In this document: positions 28,871 through 38,294 of the stretch, piece after piece
Position numbering within the stretch: the first letter of the stretch is position 1
Layout: every line of letters begins with the position of its first letter
DNA from: Acidimicrobiia bacterium
GTDB taxonomy: Bacteria > Actinomycetota > Acidimicrobiia > IMCC26256 > BP-133
Direction: 5' to 3'
NCBI GenBank assembly: GCA_044867425.1
Contig: JBIOUX010000220.1
Coordinates: forward strand, 4,942 to 68,941
Length of the DNA stretch: 64,000 nucleotides
The notes under the pieces: model-generated
What the model was told of the DNA's origin: nothing
Databases searched by the model: none
What the model saw: only the letters and a program-made list of their open reading frames with translations
Program-made: the position numbers and the translations under genes

Positions 28871-31311
28871 AAGCCGCCTCGGCCCGGCGGGCCGTGCTCC
28901 GCTGGGCGTGGCGCCTGTTCCGGCGCGAGTGGCGCTCGCAGATCCTGGTCGTGACCCTCCTGGCGGTGGCCGTCACCGCCGCCACCTTCGGCGCCGCCTT
29001 CACCTACAACATGTCGTCGGACGGCGAGGGCCAGTTCGGCTCCGCCGACCAGCTCATCAGCTTCGGCGGGTCCGACCCCGACGCCACCGCCACCGACATC
29101 GCCGCCGCCCGCCGGTTCTTCGGGACCATCGACGTGATCACCAGCCGCCCGTTCCGGGTACCGGGCCTGGGCAAGCCGTTCCCGCTCCGGGCCCAGGACC
29201 CGGACGGCGCCTTCACCGGCACCATGCTGGCCCTCCGTTCCGGCCGTTACCCCACGGGTCCCGGCGACGTCGCCCTCACCGAGGACCTGGCCCAGCTCTT
29301 CGTCGTGGGCGTGGGCGGGACGGTCGAGATCGACGGCCGCCGGCTCCAGGTGGTCGGCCTGGTGGAGAACCGGGGTGACCTGAGCGAGGACTTCGCCCTG
29401 GTGGCACCCGCCCATGCCGGGACGCCGGAGACGGTGACCATCCTGGTGGCCGGGAGCCGCGACAACGTCGAGGCCTTCCGGAACACCATGACCGTGACCG
29501 GCAACGTCAGGCGGGAGTCGCGCCGCAACGACAAGGCGGTGGCGGCCCTCGCCACCTTCAGCATGGCGGCGGTGGCCATGCTCCTCGTCGCCCTCATCGC
29601 CGCCGCCGGCTTCGTGGTGCTGGCCCAGCGCCGGCTCCGCTCGCTGGGCATGCTGTCGGCGCTGGGCGCCACGGAGCGCCATGTCCGCCTGGTGACCCTG
29701 CTCAACGGCACGCTGGTCGGGATGGTGGCGGCCGCCACCGGCACGGTGAGCGGGCTCCTGGTATGGGCGGCGGCCATCGGACGGGTGGAGGAGGCGGCCG
29801 GGCACCGGATCGACGGCCTGTCGGCTCCCTGGTGGCTGGTGGCCGCCGGCATCGGGCTGGCGGTGGCCACCGCCACGGGGGCGGCGTGGTGGCCGGCCCG
29901 GGCGATGGCCCGCATCCCCACCGTCCAGGCCCTGTCCATGCGACCGCTCCGGCCCAAGCCGGCGCACCGGTCGGCGGTGCTGGCCGTGCTCCTGATCCTG
30001 GCCGGGGTGGGCTGCTTCGCCCTCGCCCGGGAGGTGGAACCCGGCCCCATGGGAACCGGGGCGGCGTACCCCTGGCTCATCATCGCCGGCACCCTGGCCA
30101 TCCCCATCGGGGTGCTCATGATCTCGCCCCTCGCTGTCCGGGCCGCCGCCCGGTGGACGGCCCACCTGCCCGTCGCCGGCCGGCTCGCTCTGCGGGACCT
30201 GGGCCGCTATCAGGCCCGCGCCGGAGCCGCCCTGGCCGCCATCAGCCTGGCCCTGGGCGTCCCCGTGGCCGTGGTCATCGCCGCCAGCGCCGCCGAGCGG
30301 GTGCCCGCCGAGGGCAACCTGTCGGACCGCCAGCTCCTGATCCGCTTCGACAGGCCCGTCATGGGCACCGAGCGCACCGCCGCCGAGATCGAGGCGCTCG
30401 ACGGCCGCATCGACGAGTTCGCCGCCACCCTGGGCTCGGGCTCGGGCGAGGCCGGCGTCACGCCCCTGGACGTCCCCGTCAACCCGAACGTCGCCCCCGA
30501 GGTCGGCCCCCGGGGCCTGGTCCGCCCGCCCGTCGCCCTGTTCCGGCGGTCCCCGGGCGCCGAGCACGCCGAGGGCGTCCCCCTGTACGTGGCCACGCCC
30601 CAGCTCCTGGCCGCGGTGGGCGCCGACCCCGGCGCCCTCGACGCCCACGAGCTCTTCACCACCGACCCGGACGCCGAGCTCATGCTGTTCAGCACCAAGA
30701 TGGACCACATCGCCGTGACCGACGCGGCGGCGATCCAAGCTCCCGCCTACGACTCCCTGCCCGAGAGCTTCCTCAGCCCGTCGGCCGTCCGCGCCCATGG
30801 GTGGGAACAGGCCCGGACCGGCTGGCTGGTCGAGAGCGCGCAGGCGCTGACCGCCGAGGAACGGGACGCCGCCCGGGACCTGGCTCTCGAGGAAGGGCTC
30901 AGCATCGAGACCAGGCAGGACCAGGCGTCGCTCTCGACCCTGCGCACCGGGGCCACCGCCGCCGGCATGCTCCTGGCCTTGGGCGTGCTGGCCATGACCG
31001 TGGGGCTCATCCGCAGCGAGGCCGCCGGCGACCTGCGCACCCTCACCGCCACCGGAGCGACGGGCACGGTCCGGCGGAACCTGACCGCCGCCACCGCCGG
31101 AGCCCTGGCCCTGCTCGGCGTCGTGCTGGGCACGGCCGGCGCCTACCTGGTGATGTTCGGGGCCTACCTCGGCCGCCTCGGCGACCTCACCAACGTGCCC
31201 GTGGCCCACCTCGGCGCCATCGCTCTCGGCGTCCCTCTCCTGGCCGCCGTGGTCAGCTGGCTCCTGTCCGGCCGCCAGCCGAGCGCCATCGCCCGGGCCG
31301 CCTTCGAGTAG
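28867..31311 (+). CDS. ABC transporter permease with two FtsX domains
   Basis: ATGA overlap with the ATPase gene. About 814 aa, with two FtsX-like TM bundles separated by large loops. Confidence 0.85.
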   Translation: MKAASARRAVLRWAWRLFRREWRSQILVVTLLAVAVTAATFGAAFTYNMSSDGEGQFGSADQLISFGGSDPDATATDIAAARRFFGTIDVITSRPFRVPGLGKPFPLRAQDPDGAFTGTMLALRSGRYPTGPGDVALTEDLAQLFVVGVGGTVEIDGRRLQVVGLVENRGDLSEDFALVAPAHAGTPETVTILVAGSRDNVEAFRNTMTVTGNVRRESRRNDKAVAALATFSMAAVAMLLVALIAAAGFVVLAQRRLRSLGMLSALGATERHVRLVTLLNGTLVGMVAAATGTVSGLLVWAAAIGRVEEAAGHRIDGLSAPWWLVAAGIGLAVATATGAAWWPARAMARIPTVQALSMRPLRPKPAHRSAVLAVLLILAGVGCFALAREVEPGPMGTGAAYPWLIIAGTLAIPIGVLMISPLAVRAAARWTAHLPVAGRLALRDLGRYQARAGAALAAISLALGVPVAVVIAASAAERVPAEGNLSDRQLLIRFDRPVMGTERTAAEIEALDGRIDEFAATLGSGSGEAGVTPLDVPVNPNVAPEVGPRGLVRPPVALFRRSPGAEHAEGVPLYVATPQLLAAVGADPGALDAHELFTTDPDAELMLFSTKMDHIAVTDAAAIQAPAYDSLPESFLSPSAVRAHGWEQARTGWLVESAQALTAEERDAARDLALEEGLSIETRQDQASLSTLRTGATAAGMLLALGVLAMTVGLIRSEAAGDLRTLTATGATGTVRRNLTAATAGALALLGVVLGTAGAYLVMFGAYLGRLGDLTNVPVAHLGAIALGVPLLAAVVSWLLSGRQPSAIARAAFE

Positions 31312-31323
31312 CGGCGGACCCCC

Positions 31324-31351
31324 GCCGGCGGCCGGACCACTGGCCGCCGGC
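31324..31351 (+). terminator. hairpin between the permease and cyclase genes
   Basis: Perfect 10-bp stem GCCGGCGGCC / GGCCGCCGGC with an 8-nt loop and no U-tract. Confidence 0.35.
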
Positions 31352-31367
31352 ATCCGCCGGTACCAAC

Positions 31368-34300
31368 ATGGCGCCAGCCATGGAGATCTCGACTGGCGTC
31401 GTCGCCCTGCTGTTCACCGACCTGGTCGGATCGACCGAGCTGCTCGGCCGCCTCGGTGACGACGCCGCCGAAAAGGTGCGCCGCGCCCACTTCTCCCTGT
31501 TGCGGGAGGCGGTGGCGAGCTTCGGCGGCCAGGAGGTCAAGACCCTCGGGGACGGGCTCATGGTCTCCTTCCGGAGCCCGGTCGACGCCATCGGCTGCGC
31601 CGTCGCCATGCAGCAGTCCACGGAGGCCTCCAACCGCCGGGAGCCGGGCCCCGACCTGGCCATCCGCATCGGGCTCCACGCCGGTGAGCCCCATCAGGAA
31701 GCGGGGGACTTCCACGGGACGGCCGTGGTGGTGGCCAGCCGGCTGTGCAACGCCGCCGGCGGCGGCGAGATCCTGGCCGGTGAGGTCGTCGCCGAGCTGG
31801 TGGGCTCCCGGGGCGGGTTCCGGTTCCGCAGCGTCGGGCCGCTCAACCTGAAGGGCATCGACCGGCCGGTACCGGCCGTCTCGGTGGACTGGCGGGCCGG
31901 TGGGCCGGCGGAGCCGGCGGCCGCCGCCACGTCACAGCCGGCCCCGTCCAACCGACCCAGCACCGTGCCCCGACCCCGAGGGCCCGAGCTCGTCGGCCGG
32001 GACGGGGTCCTGGCCGAGCTGGAGGCCGAGCTCGACCGGGCGGCAGGCGGCGAGCTGCGCTGTGTGCTCCTGCTGGGCGACGCCGGTGTCGGCAAGACCC
32101 GCCTCACGGCCGAGCTGGTCGCCCACCACACCGGCCGGGTGACGGCCTTGTCGGCGCGGGCCTACCCCCTGGGCGCCACCGCCTCGCTGGGGCTGTGGGT
32201 CGAAGCCCTGGAACGGCACCTCCGCCAGTTGCCGGCGCACGAGATCCGCCGCCTGTGCGGAGCCCATCTCGACGACCTCGCGGCGCTGTTCGGAAGCCTG
32301 ACGGCCCTGGCCGGTGGACGGCCGGGGCCGGAGCCGTCGCGGGTCCGCATCCTGGAAGGGCTGGTGACGCTGCTCGAAGGTCTCGCCGGCACCGGACCGC
32401 TGGTCATCGTCCTCGACGACGTCCATCTGGCGGACGGCTCGTCGTGGGAAGCAGTGGCGTTCCTGGCCCGCAGCCTGGCGGCCAGTCCGATCCTGATGGT
32501 GCTCGCCGCCCGGCCCGTGGAGCTGGCCGATCAGGCCGTCGCCGGAGATGTCCTCCACGCCCTCGACCAGGAGGGCTTCCTCCGGCGGCTCCCCGTCCAC
32601 CCCCTCGACGCCGCCGACGTGCGCCGCTTGGCCGGTGCCATCGTCGGGCGGGCGGCCCCCGAGGCGCTGGCGGGCTGGCTCATGGAGCGCACCCGGGGAA
32701 ACCCGCTCTTCGTCCTGGGTCTGGTCCGGGCCCTGGTCGAGGAGGACGCCGACCTGGACGCGCCCGTCCTGCGGCGTCTTCCCGAGGGCCTGGCCGAGCG
32801 CGTGACCTCCCGCGTCGCCGGCCTGGGACACGCGGAGCTGGGCCTCCTCGAGCTGCTGGCCGTGGCCGGCCGGCCGGTCGAGTTCGAGGAGCTCGTCACC
32901 TTGAGCGGACACGACGGCGGGGACCTGGCCCGGCTCCTCCCCGGCCTGGTGCGCTCCCGGTTCCTGGCCGAGGAGGAGCGCGACGGCGGGCTGGCCTACG
33001 GGATGGCCCATCCGCTCGTCCAGGAGGCGCTCTACCAGGCCACGGGCGGGGCCCGCCGGCGGGAGCTGCACCGCACGGTGGGTCGCCTGCTGCGGGCCGA
33101 GGGCCGGTTGGGCGAGGCCGCATCCCACTTCGCCCGGGCGGCCCGGCCCGGAGATCCGGACGCCATCTCCGTCCTCCTCGAGGCCGTCCGCCAGGCCGAG
33201 GAGCGCCAGGCGTTCCGGGAATCACTGGCGCTCCTGCGCTCGCTGGTCCAGCTCCTGCCCTCGGGGGATGACCGCTGGCTGGAGGTCGTCGACGCCATCC
33301 GCTGGGAGTCGAACTGGGTCATCGACCAACCGGCCGAGCTGGACGTGGCGCTGGGAATCGCCGCCCTGCGGGAGATGGACTCCATCCTCCGGCGGCGCCG
33401 GGACCCGGAGCGGGCGGCGACGGTGAAGTTCCGCCTCGCCGCCTCCATCTCCTGGGGAGAGGGCGCCCACGCGGAGGCCAGGCGTCTCTACGGCGAGGCC
33501 GAGGAGCTCTTCCAAGCCACCGGCAACCGGCGTGGGGCGCTGCTCTCGGCCAACGAGATGGCCTTCGTGGCCGGGATGGCCGGGGACTTCCGGGCCATGG
33601 AGGCCGGCGCCAACGCCATCCTGGCTGCGGCCGAGGCGGCCGGGGACGATGCCGTCGTCCGCCGGGCGCTCGCCACCATCGCCTGGAGTGCCTTCTTCCG
33701 GGGCCGGTTCGCGCTGGCGGAGGCGAGTTACCGCCGGGCCGCCTCGTTCGACAGCCCCGAGGTCACCACGACCGCCTTCCGCCTCACGCTCACGTTGTCG
33801 GGCCTGGCCATCTCGCTGGCGTTCGAGGGCCGGATGGCGGAGGCGCGGGTCCTCCTGGAAGAGGCCAAGGCGCAGAACCCGGCGCACCGCAGCACGCCGC
33901 TGTCGGAGTGGGAGACGCGGATCCACTGGCTGGCCGGAGATTTCCGGAGCGCGTTGACCAAAGCCCGGGAGTCGCTGGGCGAATCGCGCCGGGTGGTGAG
34001 TCCCCGGACGGCCATGGGCCTGCCCTTCGCCGCCCTCGCCGCCGCCGAGCTGGGCGAGCAGCAGGAGGCCGACCGGTTCCTGGCCATCGCCCGGGACGCC
34101 CCGGGAGGGGCGTTCTTCATCTACGAGCACTACTGCGAATCCGCCCGAGCCCTGCTCGCCGATCGGAGGGGGGACCCGGCCGCCTGTGTGGCGGGACTGG
34201 TTCCGGTGGTCGAGAAGCTGCTGGGGATGGATGCGTTGCCCTTCGCCGCCCTCGTCCTCGGCGAGCTCGCCGAAGCGGCGTCACGGTGCGGCGACCGGGA

Positions 34301-34628
34301 AGCCGCGGCCCGGGCCGCCGCCCAGCTGACGGAGGTTGGCGGCCAGATCGACCGTCCGCTGTATCACGCCCTGGCGGCGACCGGGACGGCGTGGAGGCAC
34401 TGGAGCGATGGGGCGGGCGGTTCCGGGCGGGACGCGGCCCGGCCGGCGGTCGGGATCCTGGACGGCCTCGGCTACCGCGCCCTGGCGGCCCGGGCCTGGG
34501 AGATCCTCGGCCGTTGCCTGGCGCTGGAGAACGACAAGGACGCCGGCGACGCCCTCGCCCGGGCGGCGGCCCTGTTCGAGGCATGCGGGGCGACATCGAG
34601 AGGTGCCCGGGTGACGTCGGTCCTCTGA
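31368..34628 (+). CDS. class III adenylate/guanylate cyclase - AAA/STAND NTPase - TPR-like repeat protein
   Basis: Tail of ORF 29763..34628 from MAPAMEISTGVVALLFTDLVGST (cyclase: KTLGDGLMVSF, IGLHAGEP). The P-loop is LLLGDAGVGKTRL with Walker B LVIVLDDVHLAD. A long helical-repeat C-terminus follows. No LuxR HTH is seen. Confidence 0.85.
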   Translation: MAPAMEISTGVVALLFTDLVGSTELLGRLGDDAAEKVRRAHFSLLREAVASFGGQEVKTLGDGLMVSFRSPVDAIGCAVAMQQSTEASNRREPGPDLAIRIGLHAGEPHQEAGDFHGTAVVVASRLCNAAGGGEILAGEVVAELVGSRGGFRFRSVGPLNLKGIDRPVPAVSVDWRAGGPAEPAAAATSQPAPSNRPSTVPRPRGPELVGRDGVLAELEAELDRAAGGELRCVLLLGDAGVGKTRLTAELVAHHTGRVTALSARAYPLGATASLGLWVEALERHLRQLPAHEIRRLCGAHLDDLAALFGSLTALAGGRPGPEPSRVRILEGLVTLLEGLAGTGPLVIVLDDVHLADGSSWEAVAFLARSLAASPILMVLAARPVELADQAVAGDVLHALDQEGFLRRLPVHPLDAADVRRLAGAIVGRAAPEALAGWLMERTRGNPLFVLGLVRALVEEDADLDAPVLRRLPEGLAERVTSRVAGLGHAELGLLELLAVAGRPVEFEELVTLSGHDGGDLARLLPGLVRSRFLAEEERDGGLAYGMAHPLVQEALYQATGGARRRELHRTVGRLLRAEGRLGEAASHFARAARPGDPDAISVLLEAVRQAEERQAFRESLALLRSLVQLLPSGDDRWLEVVDAIRWESNWVIDQPAELDVALGIAALREMDSILRRRRDPERAATVKFRLAASISWGEGAHAEARRLYGEAEELFQATGNRRGALLSANEMAFVAGMAGDFRAMEAGANAILAAAEAAGDDAVVRRALATIAWSAFFRGRFALAEASYRRAASFDSPEVTTTAFRLTLTLSGLAISLAFEGRMAEARVLLEEAKAQNPAHRSTPLSEWETRIHWLAGDFRSALTKARESLGESRRVVSPRTAMGLPFAALAAAELGEQQEADRFLAIARDAPGGAFFIYEHYCESARALLADRRGDPAACVAGLVPVVEKLLGMDALPFAALVLGELAEAASRCGDREAAARAAAQLTEVGGQIDRPLYHALAATGTAWRHWSDGAGGSGRDAARPAVGILDGLGYRALAARAWEILGRCLALENDKDAGDALARAAALFEACGATSRGARVTSVL

Positions 34629-34668
34629 GTGGTGGCCCGCCGCACCCGTTCGCGGTGATACTGGCCCG

Positions 34669-34929
34669 ATGAGCAGCCTGGTGGTCATCGTCGTGGCGCT
34701 GGCTCTGGCCGCGCTGGCACGGACCAAGACGGCGTCGGGGGTGCTGGGGAAGCGGGAGGCCTACGGCCGGCCCATGAGCGACTGGGCCGGCCTGTCCGTC
34801 CTCGGCCTCGGACTCGGTCTGGCCGCCCTCGTGGCCGGGTACCCCACGCTGGGCTTCCTGCTGCTGGGCCTCGTGCTGATCGAGTCGTACGCCACCGTGA
34901 GCCAGATCCGGCCCCGGCGCCGGCGCTGA
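34669..34929 (+). CDS. small membrane protein
   Basis: Three hydrophobic segments. Its stop abuts the next start codon. Confidence 0.5.
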   Translation: MSSLVVIVVALALAALARTKTASGVLGKREAYGRPMSDWAGLSVLGLGLGLAALVAGYPTLGFLLLGLVLIESYATVSQIRPRRRR

Positions 34930-35406
34930 GTGGCGGCGGCTCGCTCGCCCTATGTCCTCGAATATGAAGGGCGCTTCGACTTCCCGGTCCCGCCGGAGGA
35001 GGTGTGGTCGGCCGTCGAAGACCTGGAGAACTTCGAGACCTGGTGGGGCTGGCTCGGCGAGTTCCGGGTGGAGGGGCCCGGCCTGGCGGCGGGGTCCGTC
35101 CTCCACGGCGTGGTGGCACCGCCGCTCCCCTACCGCATGCGGGTGCGGGTGGAGCTGGTCCAATGTGACCCGCCCCACAGCATCGACGCCTCCGTCGCCG
35201 GCGATCTGGTGGGCCAGGCCCGGCTGGTGCTCGAGCCCGATCGCGCCGGCACCCGGGTCTGGGTGGCCTGGGAGATCGAGATGATGCAGCGCCCGATGCG
35301 GGTGGCGTGCCGGGTCGCCTTCCCGCTGCTGCGCTGGGGCCACGACCGGGTGGTGGACGCCACCGTGGCCGGCTTCCGGCGCCACCTGCGCGCCGCCCCG
35401 TCGTAA
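34930..35406 (+). CDS. SRPBCC (START/polyketide cyclase-like) family protein
   Basis: Contains FDFPVPPEEVWSAVEDLENFETWW and a mixed beta-rich pattern. GTG start. Confidence 0.65.
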   Translation: MAAARSPYVLEYEGRFDFPVPPEEVWSAVEDLENFETWWGWLGEFRVEGPGLAAGSVLHGVVAPPLPYRMRVRVELVQCDPPHSIDASVAGDLVGQARLVLEPDRAGTRVWVAWEIEMMQRPMRVACRVAFPLLRWGHDRVVDATVAGFRRHLRAAPS

Positions 35407-35408
35407 GG

Positions 35409-36152
35409 TCAGGCGAACCGGGCCACGGCCAGGCCCACCGCCAGCGCCACCATGCTCCACGACAGGGCCCGCAGCGCCTGCTCCAGGGGCGCGAGCATGA
35501 TCCGGTCGTCGAGGGGACGGACGGTGCCGTCCTCCATGGTCATGGAGCCTTCGACGGCCGTGACCCGCCGGCGCAGCATCCGGGCCGGCGTGCTCAGGCT
35601 GCGCTGGGCGTAGGAGAGGCCGAAGGCGACGGCGCCGGCGAGGAGGGCGACGAGATCGAGGCGCTCGGCCTGGGCGTAGTAGCCGGTGAGGGCGGGGAAG
35701 GCGCCCCAGGAGGCGGCGAAGCCGATGTCGGAGTGCAGCCGCCCACCCAGCAGCTCGAGGTTGTACCCCACCACCAGCACCGGCCCCACGGCGATGAAGG
35801 CCAGCAGGCCGGTGCCAACCCGGGGCACGCCGGCCAGGCCCAGGGCCATCGCCGCCGCCAGGCCGATGACGGCCGCCAGCCACAGGACCCGGTCGGGGAT
35901 GCGGGTGCGGAGCGGGTGGCCGTGCAGCTCGTCGAGCACATGGGCGGCGATGCCCACGGCGAAGAAGAAGGCGAGCACGGTGGCCAGCAGGCGGACGCCG
36001 TCGGTGCGGGGGGCCAGGCAGGCGCCGAGGACGACGTAGGAGAGGTGCCAGGCCGTGTAGGGCGGGTGGAGGATCGTCCACCAGTCCCGCCAGCCGCCGG
36101 CCCGGGCGGCGTAGAAGGCGGGGCGGCGCTCGTCGTCAGCCATTCCCGTCAT
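35409..36152 (-). CDS. polytopic membrane protein, unknown function (co-oriented with a MenG/UbiE-like methyltransferase)
   Basis: About 8 hydrophobic segments, including HPPYTAWHLSYVVLGA and AAHVLDELHGHP. Its start overlaps the upstream methyltransferase stop by 17 nt. Confidence 0.65.
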   Translation of the reverse strand: MTGMADDERRPAFYAARAGGWRDWWTILHPPYTAWHLSYVVLGACLAPRTDGVRLLATVLAFFFAVGIAAHVLDELHGHPLRTRIPDRVLWLAAVIGLAAAMALGLAGVPRVGTGLLAFIAVGPVLVVGYNLELLGGRLHSDIGFAASWGAFPALTGYYAQAERLDLVALLAGAVAFGLSYAQRSLSTPARMLRRRVTAVEGSMTMEDGTVRPLDDRIMLAPLEQALRALSWSMVALAVGLAVARFA

Positions 36153-36924
36153 CCCCCGGGCCCTGGGCTCCCTTCCGGCCCCACATGACCAGGCCGCCGC
36201 CCAGGCTCATGACCCGGGCCCCCACGTCGACCAGGCCGGCGTCACGCCAGGCGTCGACCGTCCACTGCAGTGGGAATCGCCGGTAGTGCTCGGAGATGTT
36301 GGGGCCGAGGAAGCGGCCCACCTCGAACCATGACCTCTTGCCGGCCAGACCGCCGGCGGCGGGCAGCACGCCCCGGGTGTACAGCCACCACCAGGCCCAC
36401 CAGAAGCGCGACGGCGGCACGTGGAACTCGAGGCTGGCCATGGGCGCGCCGGGCTTCACCACCCGGGCCAGCTCCCGCAGCGTGGCCGCCGGGTCGCGCA
36501 CGTAGCGCAGGAGATACGTGAAGGTCAGCCCGTCAAAGGTGGCATCGGGAAAGGGCAGCCCCTCAGCCCGCCCGGCGACCAGCTGGACCCGGTCGCCGGC
36601 GCCGGCTCTGGCGATGTTCTCCTGACCCGTCCGCAGCATGGCCTCCGTCAGGTCGATGCCGACGACCTGGCCCGGTGTCCGCCGGGCCAGCTGGAGGGCG
36701 ACGCCGGCGGTGCCGGTGGCGACATCGAGGATCCGACCGGCGCCGGCGGGAACGACCCGGTCGACCATGGCCCGCCGCCAGCGCCCGTTCTGGCCGAAGG
36801 AGAGCAGCTCGGCCAGGAGGTCGTAGCGGGCGGGCAGGGGAGTGAACAGCTCCTGGGCGAACCGGTTGTCGCGGGCAGGCTGCGCCCGAGTCGTCCCTGC
36901 CCCGGCGGCCCCTGGCCCTGGCAC
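36136..36924 (-). CDS. class I SAM-dependent methyltransferase, UbiE/MenG-like
   Basis: Contains ILDVATGTAGVA, VVGIDLTEAML, FDGLTFTYLLRYV and LRELARVVKPGA. Confidence 0.8.
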   Translation of the reverse strand: MPGPGAAGAGTTRAQPARDNRFAQELFTPLPARYDLLAELLSFGQNGRWRRAMVDRVVPAGAGRILDVATGTAGVALQLARRTPGQVVGIDLTEAMLRTGQENIARAGAGDRVQLVAGRAEGLPFPDATFDGLTFTYLLRYVRDPAATLRELARVVKPGAPMASLEFHVPPSRFWWAWWWLYTRGVLPAAGGLAGKRSWFEVGRFLGPNISEHYRRFPLQWTVDAWRDAGLVDVGARVMSLGGGLVMWGRKGAQGPGDDGNG

Positions 36925-36962
36925 GCCCGTACAGTAGGCCCTTCACCAAGGAGGGTCCGCCG

Positions 36963-38294
36963 GTGGAGCGCCGCTTCGACGTCCTCGTGGTCGGCTCAGG
37001 GCCGGCCGGCAGCATCGCCGCCCTGGTGCTGGCCCGGGGCGGGGCCCGGGTGGCGCTGGTCGACAAGGCGCGGTTTCCGAGGGACAAGGCCTGCGGCGAC
37101 CTGATCGGACCCCGGGGCGTGCAGCTCCTGGACGACCTCGGCGTCGACGTGCCCGGAACCGAACGGGTCGGCGACATGATCGTGGTGGGACCCACGGGGA
37201 GCCGGGTCCGGCTGCCGTGCCGGCCCGGCCTGACCTATCCCGGCCACGGCTTCGCCGTCCCCCGGACCGTCTTCGACCAGGCCCTGTGGGAGACGGCGGT
37301 GGCGGCCGGAGCCGAACCGTTCACAGGCCGGGCGGGCGAGCCGCTCCTCCGGGATGACGGCACCCTGGACGGGTTCGTGCTCGGAAGCGGCACCCGGGTG
37401 GCCGCTGACATGGTGATCGGCGCCGACGGCGCCACCAGCCGGGTGGCCGAAGTGACGGGGCTGGTCGACCCCGCCCGGGTGCTGTGGGGCTTCGCCGTCC
37501 GGGCCTACGTCGATGACCCCGTGACGCTGCCCCACATCCTGCTCTGGGAGCCGGACCCGTGGCGGGGCTTCCCCGGCTACGGGTGGCTGTTCCCCGGAGT
37601 CGACGGGCGGGCCAATCTCGGCCTGGGCGTCGGGGTGCTCTCCGATCGCAGCGCCGGGGCCGGCGCCACCCAGCGCTTCGACGCCTTCGTGGAGCACCTG
37701 CGGCGCCTCGGGATTCTGTCGGCACCCTTCTCGCCCGGGTCCAACGGGCACCGCCTCGGGGGCTGGCTGAAGATGGGCATGGTGGGGACAGCGCCGGCCC
37801 GGGGCCGGGTGCTCCTGGCCGGTGACGCCGCCGGCCTGGTCAACCCGCTCCAGGGCGAGGGGATCTCCCAGGCCATGGGCAGCGGCCGGGCCGCGGCCGA
37901 AGCGGTGCTGGCCGGTCCGGGAGACGCCGCCGGCCGGTACCGGCGGGTGCTGGCCGCCACCTACGCCCCCTATCAGTCCGTCACCGCCCCGGTGCACGGC
38001 GCCCTGCTCACCCGGCCCCGGGCCGTGGCCGCCATCGGCCGCCTGGTGACGGCCCCCGGCGTGGGCCGGGCCGTGGCCGGCGGCTGGTCCATCTTCTGGA
38101 ACGACCTGCTCGACGGCGCCGCTCCAGGCCCGCCCCGCAAGGTGGCGGCCGTCGCCGCCGGCGCCGGCCGGGCTCTGACCTTCCGCAGCCGCACCCGGGC
38201 CTGGTTCGCCCGGGAGGGAGGCCCTTATGCCGCCACGGGTTGGGCCAGCAAGGAACGGAGGTCGCGCTCGGCCACGGGGGCGGAGAACAGGTAG
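36963..38294 (+). CDS. geranylgeranyl reductase family FAD-dependent oxidoreductase
   Basis: Contains FDVLVVGSGPAGSIAALVLARGGARVALVDKARFPRDKACG, GADGATSRVA and LAGDAAGLVNPLQGEGI. The 3' tail overlaps the convergent EAL gene. Confidence 0.85.
   Translation: MERRFDVLVVGSGPAGSIAALVLARGGARVALVDKARFPRDKACGDLIGPRGVQLLDDLGVDVPGTERVGDMIVVGPTGSRVRLPCRPGLTYPGHGFAVPRTVFDQALWETAVAAGAEPFTGRAGEPLLRDDGTLDGFVLGSGTRVAADMVIGADGATSRVAEVTGLVDPARVLWGFAVRAYVDDPVTLPHILLWEPDPWRGFPGYGWLFPGVDGRANLGLGVGVLSDRSAGAGATQRFDAFVEHLRRLGILSAPFSPGSNGHRLGGWLKMGMVGTAPARGRVLLAGDAAGLVNPLQGEGISQAMGSGRAAAEAVLAGPGDAAGRYRRVLAATYAPYQSVTAPVHGALLTRPRAVAAIGRLVTAPGVGRAVAGGWSIFWNDLLDGAAPGPPRKVAAVAAGAGRALTFRSRTRAWFAREGGPYAATGWASKERRSRSATGAENR

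Noticed and set aside
28564-31353. 929-aa antisense ORF over the ABC permease, together with other long alternative-frame ORFs. These are 13560..15797, 23769..25949, 2865..4904, 50546..52222, 50857..53205, 34117..36081, 45618..47036 and 46601..48202.
   Set aside because: All have low-complexity Arg/Pro/Gly/Ala-biased translations. Each overlaps a frame with clear family motifs and GC3-type coding bias.
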